From: Malacoraja senta
Lineage: Eukaryota
Assembly: GCA_038087875.1 (NCBI GenBank)
Contig: CM075990.1
Location: 9,486,001-9,550,000 of the forward strand
DNA length: 64,000 nt
Reading direction: 5' to 3'
Part shown: piece by piece, positions 1 through 12,061 of the stretch
Layout of the letters: each line of letters starts with the position of its first letter
How positions within the stretch are numbered: the first letter of the stretch is position 1
Position numbers and translations under genes: made by a program
Notes under the pieces: model-generated
Database searches by the model: none
Told to the model about the DNA's origin: nothing
The model's input: the letters and a program-made list of their open reading frames with translations, nothing else

Positions 1-77
1 TGTTTGAAGTTTTCAGGGACAGAGAGTGAAGGTGTTGGGTTACTTTAAGCCTTTCTTTTTTAGCACCAAAAACAATT

Positions 78-195
78 TCCTCCCACATCCCAAAGACGCA
101 TTGGCTTTGTAGGTTAACTTGTCTCTGTAAAATTGCCCCTAATGTGCAGGGAGTGGGTGAGGAAAGTGGGATAACAGAACTTGTGTGAATGGGTA
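78..195 (+). mobile_element. HE1/V-SINE fragment
   Basis: V-domain-type ttcctcccacatcccaaagac...gtaggttaa...tctgtaaaattgccccta, shared with the fuller copies in this window. Confidence 0.7.
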
Positions 196-650
196 GACAA
201 AAATGCTGGAGAACTCAGCAGGTGAGGCAGCATCTATGGAGCAAAGGAAATAGGCGACGTTTCGGAGTGAGACCCTTCTTCAGACTGATGTCGGGAGGGG
301 TGGGGGGTGGGAAAAAGAAAGGAAGAGGCGGAGACAGTAGGCTGTGGGACAGCTGGGAATGGGAGGGGAGGGAGGGAGAAAGAAAGGACTACCTGAAATT
401 GGAGAAGCCAATGTTCATACCGCTGGGGTGTAAACTACCCAAGCAAAATATGAGGTGCTGTTCCTCCAATTTGCAGTGGGCCTCACTCTGGCCATGGAGG
501 AGGCCCAGGACAGAAAGGTCGGATTCGGAATGGGAGGGGGAGTTGAAGTGCTGAGCCACCGGGAGATCAGGTTGGTTATTGCGAACTGAGTGGAGGTGTT
601 GTGCGAAGGGATCGCCAAGCCTGCGCTTGGTCTCACCGAGGTTGATCATA
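193..650 (-). mobile_element. Penelope-like element 3' fragment (GIY-YIG endonuclease C-terminus plus terminal repeat)
   Basis: ORF 389..664 GETKRRLGDPFAQHL...PVAQHFNSPSH...KLEEQHLIFCLGSLHPSGMN; same family as 16603-18065. Confidence 0.85.
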
Positions 651-662
651 CGCTGAATAACC

Positions 663-1007
663 ATATTTTTGTTTGGAAGTGGAAAGAGATAATAGAAATT
701 GCATTCATTGCAACGTGTAAAAAGAGTTGAGATACTGTATTGTAATTTTGCTGCATGTCATTGTGGTATCTATCATGTCTTGATTGGTGAATATGTTTAG
801 TTTGTGACTTTATTTGAAGCAGAAATAATATGTGAATGCTTCATTGACCATAATTCCGACTGGTAACTACGCACTTCGTCCGAGCACATTATCGCACGTG
901 TCATGCAAGCCGTCTTAAATGACCACCTAAACTGTCATTTGGCAACCTAAAAAGCTGCAGAGGTTGCCCGGCTGGCAACAGGGAAAAAAAGTTAAGCAAG
1001 AGCCCTG
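663..1007. mobile_element. Possible end of a hAT-type non-autonomous DNA transposon
   Basis: Ends in ...aagagccctg (reverse complement CAGGGCTC, typical of hAT termini), with a subterminal ggcaacc...ggttgcc inverted repeat. The other terminus is not seen. Confidence 0.4.
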
Positions 1008-2089
1008 TCATGCGTAGATGGTTAAACTCCGTTTAGCTGAAAATGGTCATTACCTTGCACTTGTGTGGTGCAAATGTTACTTCCAACTGATCAGCCTACA
1101 TCTGCATGTGGTCTTGGGCTTAATGTTTACATACACAAACATCATCATCTTCAAATGCAAGCACTGTGCAATCAGCGAACATCCCATTTCTAACTTTATG
1201 AAGGTCAGTCGTTGATAAAGCAGCTCAAAATGATTGAGGCTTGGATTCCAGAAGCAGTGTCCTAGGACTACAACTGGCAACAATGACTCCTTACCCACTG
1301 GAATCTTCCAAACCTCAATTTCGACCAATTTACAATTCCCCAGGGTTTCCTGAAGCCACACTTCACCAATTTCAGAAGAGTCGAGGCACTCTCATCATTG
1401 AGACTAGTACGGACTGAAATCCAGGCAAAAAAGGTTGGCCCAAAAATTTTAACTAGGAGTTAAAATGGAGACGGAGACTGATGGATTTTGCTTGGTTATT
1501 AAGAAATATGGATCAAAATGAATAAACTTCATTGAGCGGCATAAACTGGATTTAAAGTCAGCCATGATCTAAATAAATGGTGAAATGGGTTTTAAAAACT
1601 TTACCCTTGTTCCTATTCACTGGGAATCATTGCACAATAAAGTGATAACCTGCTCATCTGAAATGCAATTTCAAAGTGGATATTATGGTACAAAATTGAG
1701 AGATTTTATGTCATCATAAACCCAGATATTTTCAATACCATACAGTTCCAAACATAACATTGAATTTTATTTGACGTCATAGATGCCAATTGGTTGAAGC
1801 ACATTAAAGTTTCAGTGCATGGTGCCACAAACGGATGTGGGTTTACACATGCGATCATGAGCCTTGGCTGGGTTGGAACCTCAGGATTGCAGCTATGAGA
1901 TGAAAAGCACACTTAAATCTGAAGAGTACATAAATGTGAAATCATTACTTTTTCATGCTATCAAGCTTCTAGTTTGAGAGCAAGATTGGAGAAGCAATAG
2001 CTGGCAATTTAATTATATGTTATACAAGAACAGAGGTGGAAGAGGAAGTAACACTAATGTTCACACAACAAAAGAGAATAAATTGGTTC

Positions 2090-2912
2090 AAAAAAAGACA
2101 CAAAGTGCTGGAGTAAGTCAGCGGGTCTGGCAATATCTCTTGAGAACATGGATAGGTGACGTTTCAGGTCAATAGACAATAGACAATAGGTGCAGGAGTA
2201 CGCCATTCGGCCCTTCGAGCCAGCACTGCCATTCAATGTGATCATGGCTGAAGAAGGGTCGGGACGGGAAAGAAAGCTGGAAGAGAGGAGGTGCAGAACA
2301 AAGCCTGGCAAGCATTGAAGAGTTGCCAATTGTAAAGCTAGACAAAGGAATGTAGAGGGGAGAAATAGAGAGGAATGGAGGGGAGAAAAAGGGTGCAAGT
2401 CCAGGTGGGGCACAGGGGAAGAGGGGCTGGGGGAAAGGGAATAGGGAAGGAAGTGGGGGGAGTTGGTTAGCACTTTGTACATATTGACCAAGATGCCCCT
2501 TCGACGCTAGTTCCACCTGCCTGTGTTTGGCCAATTTCCTTCTAAACCTTTCCTAGCCATGTACCCATATCCCTCTAAACTGGTCCTATCCATGCACCTA
2601 TCTAATTGCTTCTTAAACATTGTGATAGTCCCTGCCTCAACTACCTCTTCAGGGAACTAATTCCATATACTCACCACAATCTTTGTGAAAAAGTTGTCCC
2701 TCAGATTCCTATTAATTTTTTCCCCACTCAACTTAAACCTATGTCCACTGGTTCTTGATTCCCCTACTCTGGATAAAATGTGCATAAACCTATCTATTCT
2801 CTTCATGATCTTACCCACCTCTATAAGATCACCTCACATCCTCCTGCACACCGAGGAATATGGTCCTAGCCTGCATAACCCCTCCAGATGGCAAAGCCCC
2901 TCAAGTTCTTAG
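2090..2912. mobile_element. Nested cluster: Penelope-derived short element interrupted by a CR1 3' tail, followed by an antisense CR1 3' fragment
   Basis: gacacaaagtgctggagtaa...gacgtttcaggtc is broken by (aatagac)n aggtgcaggagt..ccattcggcccttcgagcc (2170-2248). 2490-2912 matches the CR1 3' end (ctataagatcacctcacatcctc is antisense of an RLRGDLIE-type motif). Confidence 0.7.
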
Positions 2913-2913
2913 A

Positions 2914-3233
2914 AAGGGCCTGTCCCACTTTCACGAGGTAATTCACGAATTATCCCAAGTTTTCCCCTGATTCAAACACAGAATGTTCGTAACGAGTCCG
3001 TAGGAAGCCGTAGGAGTTCGTAGAGGCTCGTTATGTTAGCCGTAGGTACCCGGGCATCAGGTAAGTCGGGACATTTTTTCCAGCCCGATGAAAAATGGCC
3101 ACGAGTAAAAAAAGTCGGGATGAAAAAAATTGCAACTTTTTACTCGTAGTTAGTTCATGGGCAGACTTTTTTTTTAGGGCCTTTAAACTCGGCAGAGGTT
3201 TTGGATTAAGTCGTGAAAGTGGGACAGGCCCTT
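2914..3233. mobile_element. MITE / non-autonomous DNA transposon, PIF-Harbinger-like
   Basis: Perfect 23-bp terminal inverted repeats aagggcctgtcccactttcacga (2914-2936) and tcgtgaaagtgggacaggccctt (3211-3233); no coding capacity; inserted into a CR1 fragment. Confidence 0.8.
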
Positions 3234-3294
3234 AAATCTTCTCTGCACTCTTTTCAGCTCAACATCCTACATAACTGAACACAGTACTCCAAAT

Positions 3295-3505
3295 AATGTA
3301 TAGGAACAGGCGTTAATTCTCCTGTGGTTGTAAGAGAAAGTACCTGAGGAGCGGGTGGTTTGGGTGGGAAGGGAAGAGTGAACCAAGGCATTGCGAAGGG
3401 AGCGGTCTCCACAGAAGGGAAATGGGTAGGGATGGGAAGATGTGACTGGTGATGGGATCATGTTCGAGGTGGCGGAGAACGATGTGCTATATGCAGGAGC
3501 TGGGG
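3295..3505 (-). mobile_element. Penelope-like element internal fragment
   Basis: DRSLRNALVHSSLPTQTT..GTFSYNHRR, homologous to about 17210-17410. Confidence 0.7.
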
Positions 3506-4384
3506 ATTTCAGTTTTAAACTGGAGCATACAAAATTAAATTTTAAACAAGTATTTTGAAAGTAAACTTCTAAAGTGCAAACCTAAAACAGAAATTCTCGT
3601 TTACTTCTGCCATGACTATACAGCATTCAATATGAATTTGCAAAACATGTAGTTACTGGTAAAAACACAATTATGTGCCACAAAGAAGCAGAAAATATTC
3701 ATCAAATACAACTAAGGCAGGCTATTTCTGCACTCAAGTATGATGATCTACAGAGGGAGTGGGGAAAAAAAGCAATTTTACAATCTATAAAGATTTGTGC
3801 AAGAAAGAAATGCAGACTCCTGATTTTTAAGTTCATGTAATTTGATTTTTTAAAGCCAGGTTGATTCAAACACAAAATTAATGCCATAGTAGGACATGAA
3901 CAGAATATTATTTATGAAAAATCTGTTTGTGTCAGGTAAATAATATAATATTGCAAAGTATCACAAAATTCTTACTTCAAACATTAACACAAGGACAAAT
4001 TATTTTTAAATTTTGTCTGATCTATATTAATCATGCTCAAGAAATGTGTTCAATTAGTCCTGGCAGATATTATAATGAAGTATGCTGCAAAGGTCAGCAT
4101 TTGTACCAATGCACTTTTTTAAGCAAAATGTCATCATCATATTACAGAGATTTAAATGCATTGCACTGGGAACTGGGATCTTAACAGCCTGGGAGAATAA
4201 TTTTAAAAACTAAGCCAACCCCCAGAAAATATTTGTTACTGCCTTCTATCTTCACAAGAGAAACAGTAGTCAGACTCAAAATGTGACCCCACTCCAGCAG
4301 ATAGTGGGCTTAAGTTGGATGTCACATTACCTGCCAACCAATTGAAGATTGCAATAGTCAAGAAGCCAGATCTACTTTCACAAA

Positions 4385-5118
4385 GGCAAACTCTCAGGAA
4401 GTTGCTGGCCTGGATGGAGTCCCTGGACCAGTTTTGACACTGTTTACCAATCAACTGGCCACTGCCTTTAATGAAGTCTTCAACCTTTCACTTCAACAGT
4501 CTTCTATTTCCATCTGCTTCAAGGAAACCCCCATTACAGTCCCCAAGAAAAATACAGTGACCTGCTTGAATAACTAATGACCAGTAGCTCTAACCTCAAC
4601 TAACCTCTAACCTACAGCACTGTGCTTTGAAGATTGATAATGACCCCATATGTTACCAGTCTGCCAGAAAATCTAAACCCATTGTAGTTTGCATACAGGA
4701 AAATTAGGGCTACGGAAGACCACATCTCTCCTGCATTGCATTCAGCCGAGGATCACGTTAACTATCAGAACATCTATGAAAAGATATTATTCATTAACTA
4801 CAGCTCAGCCTTCAACACTATCATACCTAGTAAACATCCCTAGAATTCTGAATCTTGGCATTGGGGCCTCCATCTGCAACTGGCAACTGGACATCTAACC
4901 AAGTTAGAATTGGTCATAACATTTCCACCATCCTGACTCTCAACACTGGTGCCCCTCAGGATTGTATGCTCAGTTCATTAATGTAGTTCTTGTAACTCCA
5001 TGACTGTGTGGCTAAGTAGAATACCAACTCAATTGTTATATCAATTGATACAACCTAACCTGGTCCCTTCACGTCATGTGGCGATCAAGAAAGCACATCA
5101 GCGCATTTACTTTCTTAG
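4385..5118 (+). mobile_element. Degenerate Rex1/L2-type LINE reverse-transcriptase fragment
   Basis: Remnants of AGLDGVPG, VPKKNTVTCLNN**PVALTS, CFERL, PL*FAYR, LNTGAPQDCML and KKAHQRIYFL, with many stops and frameshifts. Confidence 0.75.
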
Positions 5119-6486
5119 CTGTCAGGCATGGGTTCCTCTCATACAAGTGTTTGCCTTAACCATCCCAATGAAAAGGTTTTTTTTGGATCTGCAACACCAA
5201 CTAGATAATAGCAGCTAATGCAATCCAGGCTTCCAATATTCTATCTCATAATTGAGACACAAGAAACTGTAGATGCCAGAACCTTAAGAAAAACAAAAAA
5301 TGCTGGAAAAACTCAGCAGGCAAGCAGCATCTGGAGAGGGAATGGACAGGTGATGTTTCAGGACAGGACCCTTCTTCAGACATATTACTTTAATTATTGT
5401 AGACTAATAGTTAAAAACATGAAAAACCAACACAAATGAGCAAGTTATAACACTGCAACTTCTGTCCCTGCTAGTGTTCAGCATGCAGACAAGTTATATC
5501 CCTCTGTGCAAGCACATTATAAATAATTAACCCCTAGGGATCTCATACACAATGACCTGGGGAATCAGGTAACAGCTTCCTGCTCAGAAAATCTCCCTAT
5601 CGAAACATATAATGTGAATCTGTTAATTAGATTAGGTTTGTCATTCTATCTTACATAAAGTTTGGTGCCTTACTGTAGCCACACAATGTCAATTGTACCA
5701 AGGAATCTTTTACATATACAACAATAGACCAATGAGTATTAGCTTGGCAAATTCCACTGAAGCAGCATCTATATTATGTGACCAAAGTCTGTAGTACAGC
5801 TTGACCAAAGTCTGTAGTACAATCTTTTCAATGGAGTCAATAGTGTTCAGCCCAGCCAAGCTGATATTGAGGTTTGAAATCAGATATCATATTTAGAATT
5901 ATACATTTACTGTGTGGTTCTTCAACAGAAAGAATACTGAATGTTCATTGGAGGACATGGCCTGTTTCCATATTGTAATACTTTATTATTCCTGTAAAGT
6001 GCAGAGAAAAACAATAAACTACCAATGCTAGAAATCTGACACAACAGAAAGTGCCGGAAATAGTCAGCAGGTCAGGCAAATCTCTGCAGAGACAAAGTTC
6101 TTTCCCTATAGATGCTGCCTGGTCTATCAAACTTTTCGAACGTTTTTCTCACTTGGTGCCTGAAGTGATTCACAACATTGATTTATATTATTTACCCAAG
6201 CATAATCCTATGATCTAACGTGGTCCTAAATCTCAATGAATCTGTAAATTGAAACTGCAATCATTTTATTCAGTGATTTTAAGTACAGGCAGTTATGCTA
6301 TAATTTGTATGTCATTAACATGAATTCGATATCACATGAGTCATGAATTAGGGAAAAACTATTTGAATTACACGGGCCAAATTGGTTTTGATTGAAAACT
6401 GGATAACAACTTCAAAGTTACTTTGGAAATTAACAAGGAGAGAACAAGAAACTGTTTTGGACGGTATATAGGACAATAAAATGACA

Positions 6487-6944
6487 GTGCGGTTCTGAAT
6501 CAACTTCAGGCTCCTTCTCTTTGTTTACAAAGCCCTTAACGGGCTTGCCCCCACCTACATCAAAAATCTGCTTTCCCACCATACCACCTCCAGGTCCCTC
6601 AGATCGGCCGACTTGGGGTTATTGACCATCCCGTGGTCTAGACATAAGCTCAGGGGCGACCGCGCTTTTGCGGTTGCAGCACCTTGACTATGGAACAGCA
6701 TCCCTCTTCCCATCAGAACTGCCCCCTCCATCAACTCTTTTAAGTCTAGACTTTAAACTTATTTCTACTCTCAAGCCTTTCTTGAGGTCCTCTGAGGGAG
6801 TGCTGTATGTATGTATTTATGTATGTATTGTTGATCTATCTATGTACCACTGTTTGTAGCATGTGAGTACCTGCACTAATGTAAAGCACTTTGGTCAACG
6901 AGAGTTGTTTTTAAATGTGCTATAGGAATAAAATTGACTTGACT
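6487..6944 (+). mobile_element. L2-type LINE 3' end
   Basis: LLLFVYKALNGLAPTYI...SLRSADLGLL...GDRAFAVAAP*LWNSIP...FKSRL, then a 3' UTR ending aataaaattgacttgact. Confidence 0.8.
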
Positions 6945-8884
6945 ATGTTTCTACTCCCTGCATTAATCAGACACCATTGTCTCTTAGGAACACAGCTGCT
7001 ACCTTTAACCAGGGGTGGGCATTGAAATTGACAAGCGATCATTTCTATTGACACTTGTGCAACTACACCCTATAAAACAATGTAACATATAGCCTAACAA
7101 AAATTAAGTAATTGCTTTTGAAATGGCCTTTGTTTGTAACAAAAAGTCATCAGTCATTTTTCAGTACTCCTATAAGCTGACGTCCGATTGCTCCAATAAA
7201 AATCCCTTCACTTCAGGAATCAACTTTGTAAACAATCGCTGAATCATCTCCAATGTTACCTCTCAAACATGAGCATAACAATACATGGTATTCCAGAAAT
7301 GGAGAAAATGAGTGTAGGGGAAAGCGTCTTTGTAAAATATGGTCGAAGAGCAGGAGAGCAGCAAGAATCACAAAGCGGGAGGTGAGAGAGGATCTCACAA
7401 AATCCCTGGGGAAAGGAGGTGGACATCTTCAAAGTAGGTGTACCTTGAGGGGAATTTGGAGAGTGGAGCAGTAAAATGGAGACACAAGGAACTGCAGATA
7501 CTGGTTTAAAGAAAAAGACACAAAGTGTTGGAGCAGCTCAGCGTCTCTGGATGTGGTCTTACCAGCAATTGCAGCAAAACCCTCCTTTCATAATCCATTC
7601 CTCTTTCAAAGTTCTGTTTTTCAATTGTGACTTATTGCTCAGGAAATAAGCACTTGAGAAATAAAGAAGTTTTATTAACTTGCTTTATTAACTACTTTAC
7701 GGTTTATATGTTTTAGCCCCAAGTCTCTCTGCTTCACAACCTCACTATGAAGTTGATACGTACAAGCTAATTTGTTAGTTACCCAAATATTTGGAAACTT
7801 CTATTTCTTTAAAAATTGCTTCATAACTGTGTAGAGCAGAAAATCACATTCAGTAAAAAAAAAATTAGGATGATGTAAAGTGGTTGTGGTAAAAATCAGC
7901 TGCAGGGAAGAAGCCCGAAACACATTATTGAAGGATTACAAAACACACCAGACAAAGGATCAGACCCTCATTGTCAAAGACCATCACATGGACCTTGATT
8001 ACAGCTATTGAAAACAGTCCTTATACATAGCACAAGATTTGAATAATAAAATATTATGATATGATAACACCATAAAGCTGCCATTTACTTAACAATAAAA
8101 TTCAACAACTGGTATAAATCTAATTGAAAACCAACACAAAACATTAGAACAAGTATATATAGCCAGTTCATCAAAATGGTCAAAAAACAAGCGAGTCCTA
8201 AAGGAATCACCAAGGTCAAATGTGATCAAGAAGATAGCTGCATAACAATTGAGCCTCACTACTCAGCTCACAAAGAGATCCACAAATCTACCATTTGCCT
8301 GAAATATACATTTGTCTGAACCAATTAGTGACTGTCCTCTGGGAAGATGAAGTGTTAAGTGGGTCAAGGTGATTGCAAAATGTCTCAGCAACAGATATTA
8401 AGGAAACATTAGTATGCTCTGGCAGTTTAGGTTCACAATTTAGATAATCTCCTGGAATCAGTTATATCGCTTTAGATGTTGAATCTTTATCTACTGCTCA
8501 TTCAAACTTGCAAAAAAGCTCTGCTGTCATCACTTTTCTGAATATAAGCCATTATTTCCCCTGTTCCTTATGTGCTAACCTCAAAAATCAATTTCTACCA
8601 CTGATGCAGATGGAGCTTTGCCACAATAACTTCCTGTCTGACGCAGTACATTGTTATCTTACAGCTCTCAACTAGACATCACTGAACTGGACATTTGCAT
8701 TAATGAAAAGCTTCACACTGTAATACCTTCGACCCATCTCTGCCTGGGCCTGAAGTTCTGTCAAGGCAAGCAACTGTACACAATATCCATGTACAAAATA
8801 GAGATTATCCTCCCTATAACAGCAGACAATAAATTACACATTTGTCAGTAAATTAATAATTCACTTTCAGAACCATAATCCAAG

Positions 8885-8975
8885 GGTGAGAGGGAGGGGG
8901 AGAGGGAGAGGGAGAGAGAGATGGGTGAGAGTAGATGGGTGAGAGTAGATGGGTGAGAGTAGATGGGACAGAGAG
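8885..8975. repeat. Purine-rich tract with (gatgggtgagagta)n tandem repeat
   Basis: Three to four copies of a 14-mer directly visible. Confidence 0.8.
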
Positions 8976-9559
8976 TGACAAGCGAGATGACTGTCTTTCA
9001 TTTATCGTTCCAATCAAACAGGAAGTGCCTCAGCCCTTGAACAAAAGTGATACAATAAGCAAAAAAAAAAGAACGATCCTGCTTTGCTGTCATCCTGCTC
9101 CCTTCCCTTGACCTCAATTTGACTCTCCCGCCATCCATCATCATTATTAGAACAGCAGGGTAAAATGTGAGGTGAAGCACGAAGAGAGTTCAGGGGAGTT
9201 GCTGTTTGAGGAGTGGGAGGAAAGAGGATAGTGTGAAGAATGTGCAGCAAAACCCTCAGACAGAAAAGGGACCAGGTGTCAGGGGGTGTAGGAGAAAGGG
9301 TAAAGAGCTCTCATTAAGGAGGATGAAGAAATGGGACCAGAAAGCGATTTGGCGATGCAAGAGAGGGAGGACGGTTGAGGATTGTATGGAGAGTTGGAAG
9401 GATGTAGTAGGAGGAAATGTATGCAGTGTAGAAGTTTGGAACAAGGGGATATAGGGAGGAGGTGGAATGGAGTAAGAGGATGTGCAGGGGAAGGAAGAAT
9501 GGGAGAGGGAAGATATATGGGGGGGGGCAGGTAGAGAAGATGGGAGAAGCAGGATATGC

Positions 9560-10265
9560 GGGGAGAGGGGGGGGTGAAAGATGGAGAGGGGTAATGAAAA
9601 ATGGGAGAGGGGTGATTTATGAAGGGTGAGGGGATGTATGAAGGGAGAGGGGGATGTAGGGGGGTGAGGATGGGAGAGAGGGGGTGAGGATGGGAGAGAG
9701 GTGTGAGGATGGGAGAGAGGGGTGAGGGTGGGATAGGGGGGATGGGGGGATGAGGATGGGAGAGAGGGAATGAGGATGAGAGAGGGGGATGAGGATGAGA
9801 GAGGGGGATGAGGATGGGAGAGGGAGGAATGAGGATGGGAGAGGGAGGAATGAGGATGGGAGAGGGAGGATTGAGGATGAGAGAGAGGGATGAGGATGAG
9901 AGAGGAGGATGAGGATGGGAGAGAGGAGTGAGGATGAGAGAGGATGATGAGGATGGGAGAGAGGGGATGAGGATGAGAGAGGGGGTGAGGATGGGAGAGA
10001 GGGGGTGAGGATGAGAGAGGAGGATGAGGATGAGAGAGGGAGGAATGAGGATGGGAGAGAGGGGGTGGGGATGAGAGAGGAGGATGAGGATGAGGATGAG
10101 AGAGGGGGTGAGGATGGGAGAGAGGGAATGAGGATGAGAGAGGAGGATGAGGATGAGAGAGGGAGGAATGAGGATGGGACAGAGGGGGTGGGGATGAGAG
10201 AGGAGGATGAGGATGAGAGAGGGAGGATGATGGGAGAGGGAGGTGAACAGGGAGAGGAGGGGTGT
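9560..10265. repeat. Polypurine minisatellite (gaggatg[a/g]gagag[a/g]gg variants)
   Basis: About 700 bp almost without C on the + strand; imperfect 17-24 bp units. Confidence 0.9.
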
Positions 10266-10267
10266 AG

Positions 10268-10558
10268 AGGGAGAGGATGGGATCTCCAGGGGTAGGGGAG
10301 CTGTTCAGGGGTGAGGAGAGGTGAGCGAGGAGAGGTGAGCGAGGAGAGGTGAGCGAGGAGAGGGGAGGTGATGTACAGGGAGAGGCTGGGATGCACGGGG
10401 AGAGGATGGGATGAACGGGGAGAGGATGGGATCTCCAGGGGTAGGGGAGCTGTTCAGGGGTGAGGAGAGGTGAGCGAGGAGAGGTGAGCGAGGGGAGGGG
10501 AGGTGATGTACAGGGAGAGGCTGGGATGCACGGGGAGAGGATGGGATGAACGGGGAGA
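10268..10558. repeat. Tandem duplication of a ~140-150 bp unit
   Basis: Two near-identical copies (start ggggagaggatgggatctccagggg at about 10268 and 10417), differing by one internal gaggagaggtgagc subunit. Confidence 0.85.
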
Positions 10559-10589
10559 GACTGAGAAGGGAGCTGTCCAGGGGGAGGAT

Positions 10590-10960
10590 CGGACAGGGGC
10601 GCACGGTGCGGTGCTGTGCTCAGGGTGAGGGTGAGAAGACGGGGCTGGGGAGACACTAGGTCGGTCTGGACGGGGAAGGAGGATGATCGGCAGAGATTTG
10701 CCCCCCATCGGCCCGCGGTACCTGTGACGCGGGGGTGTGCGGACGGTCTCCGGAGCTGAGCGTGTCCATGCCGGGCCGGGAGGAGGTGAGGCGAGGGCGG
10801 GTGTGGGTGTGGATGGAGCCGGGCTGGGCTGGGCTGGGCTGGGCTGGGCCTCGCGCCGCCGCCGCTGCCGTTGCTCCGCCGCTCGAGCTCCGCACACAGC
10901 TGGCACTGACGTCACCGCCAACGGCGCGCATGCGTCAGCACCGCCCCCTGGCCAGAGGCA
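10590..10960 (-). promoter_or_regulatory. CpG-island housekeeping-type promoter with CRE, NRF1-like and GC-box motifs
   Basis: Dense CpG. Perfect palindromic CRE TGACGTCA at 10907-10914; cGCGCATGCGt (NRF1-like) at 10925-10935; CCGCCC at 10941-10946; (gggct)n at about 10821-10849. Confidence 0.75.
10722..10769 (-). CDS. Probable first coding exon of an unidentified gene transcribed leftwards (MDTLSSGDRPHTPASQ)
   Basis: Lies inside the only clear CpG island. Kozak-compatible ggcATGg at 10769; 48 nt to a CAG|gtaccg donor; GCC-rich 5' UTR-like leader upstream. No downstream exon recognised within 1-10700. Confidence 0.55.
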
Positions 10961-10964
10961 GCAA

Positions 10965-11865
10965 GCAGGTGGCAGTGAGGGCAGTGATGGCGGCAGCGAG
11001 GGAGCAGTGAGTAGGTGGCAGTGATGGTGGCAGTGAGTAGGTGGCAGTGAGTAGGTGGCAGTGATGGCGGCAGTGAGTAGGTGGCAGTGAGTAGGTGGCA
11101 GTGATGGCGGCAGTGAGTAGGTGGCAGTGAGTAGGTGGCAGTGATGGCGGCAGTGAGTAGGTGGCAGTGAGTAGGTGGCAGTGATGGCGGCAGTGAGTAG
11201 GTGGCAGTGATGGCGGCAGTGAGTAGGTGGCAGTGAGTAGGCGGCAGTGAGGGAGCAGCGAGCAGGTGGCAGTGAGGGCAGTGATGGTGGAGCAGTGAGG
11301 GCAGTGATGGTGGCAGTGAGGGCAGTGATGGTGGCAGTGAGGGCAGTGATGGTGGAGCAGTGAGGGCAGTGATGGTGGCAGTGAGGGCAGTGATGGTGGC
11401 AGTGAGGGCAGTGATGGTGGCAGTGAGGGAACAGCGAGTAGGTGGCAGTGAGAGCAGTGATGGTGGCAGTGAGGGCAGTGATGGTGGCAGTGAGGGCAGT
11501 GATGGTGGAGCAGTGAGGGCAGTGATGGTGGCAGTGAGGGCAGTGATGGTGGCAGTAAGGGCAATGATGGTGGCAGTGAGGGCAGTGATGGTGGAGCAGG
11601 TGACAGTGAGGGCAGTGATGGTGGCAGTGATGGTGGCAGTGAGGGCAGTGATGGTGGCAGCGAGCAGGTGGCAGTGAGGGCAGTGATGGTGGCAGTGAGG
11701 GCAGTGATGGTGGCAGCGAGCAGGTGACAGTGAGGGCAATGATGGTGGCAGTGAGGGCAGTGATGGTGGCAGTGAGGGCAGTGATGGTGGCAGTGAGGGC
11801 AGTGATGGCAGCAGTGAGGGCAATGATGGTGGCAGCGAGGGAGTAGTGAGTAGGTGGCAGTGTGT
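10965..11865. repeat. G-rich minisatellite: (gtggcagtgagtag)-type units, then (gtggcagtgagggcagtgatg) 21-mers
   Basis: Directly visible array; source of the spurious ALTATIT / HHHCPHC / PPSLPSL ORFs. Confidence 0.95.
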
Positions 11866-12061
11866 GGGCAGGGATGGCGCCAATGTGAGGGCAGGAATAA
11901 TGCCAGTGAGGGCAGGGATGGGGCCAGAAGAGCAGGTATAATATTAGTGTGAGAGCAGGGACAGGCCAGGAGGCGTTTGTGAGAAGGCAGGGATGGGGCC
12001 AGGAGGCATGGGTAACAGTGGGAGAAGGGCTGGGGGTAAACCAGAGACAGGAATAGCGATT

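Noticed and set aside
7213-8790. Candidate second exons for the minus-strand gene
   Set aside because: The acceptor/donor pairs tested gave in-frame stops or no recognisable protein.
9256-10656. 466-aa Pro/Ser/His-rich ORF and overlapping ORFs
   Set aside because: Translation of a polypurine minisatellite; open in several frames because stop codons cannot form.
10936-10955. CTCF site in the CpG promoter (ctggccagggggcggtg)
   Set aside because: Lacks the conserved CC at the start of the core; equally explained as a GC box.
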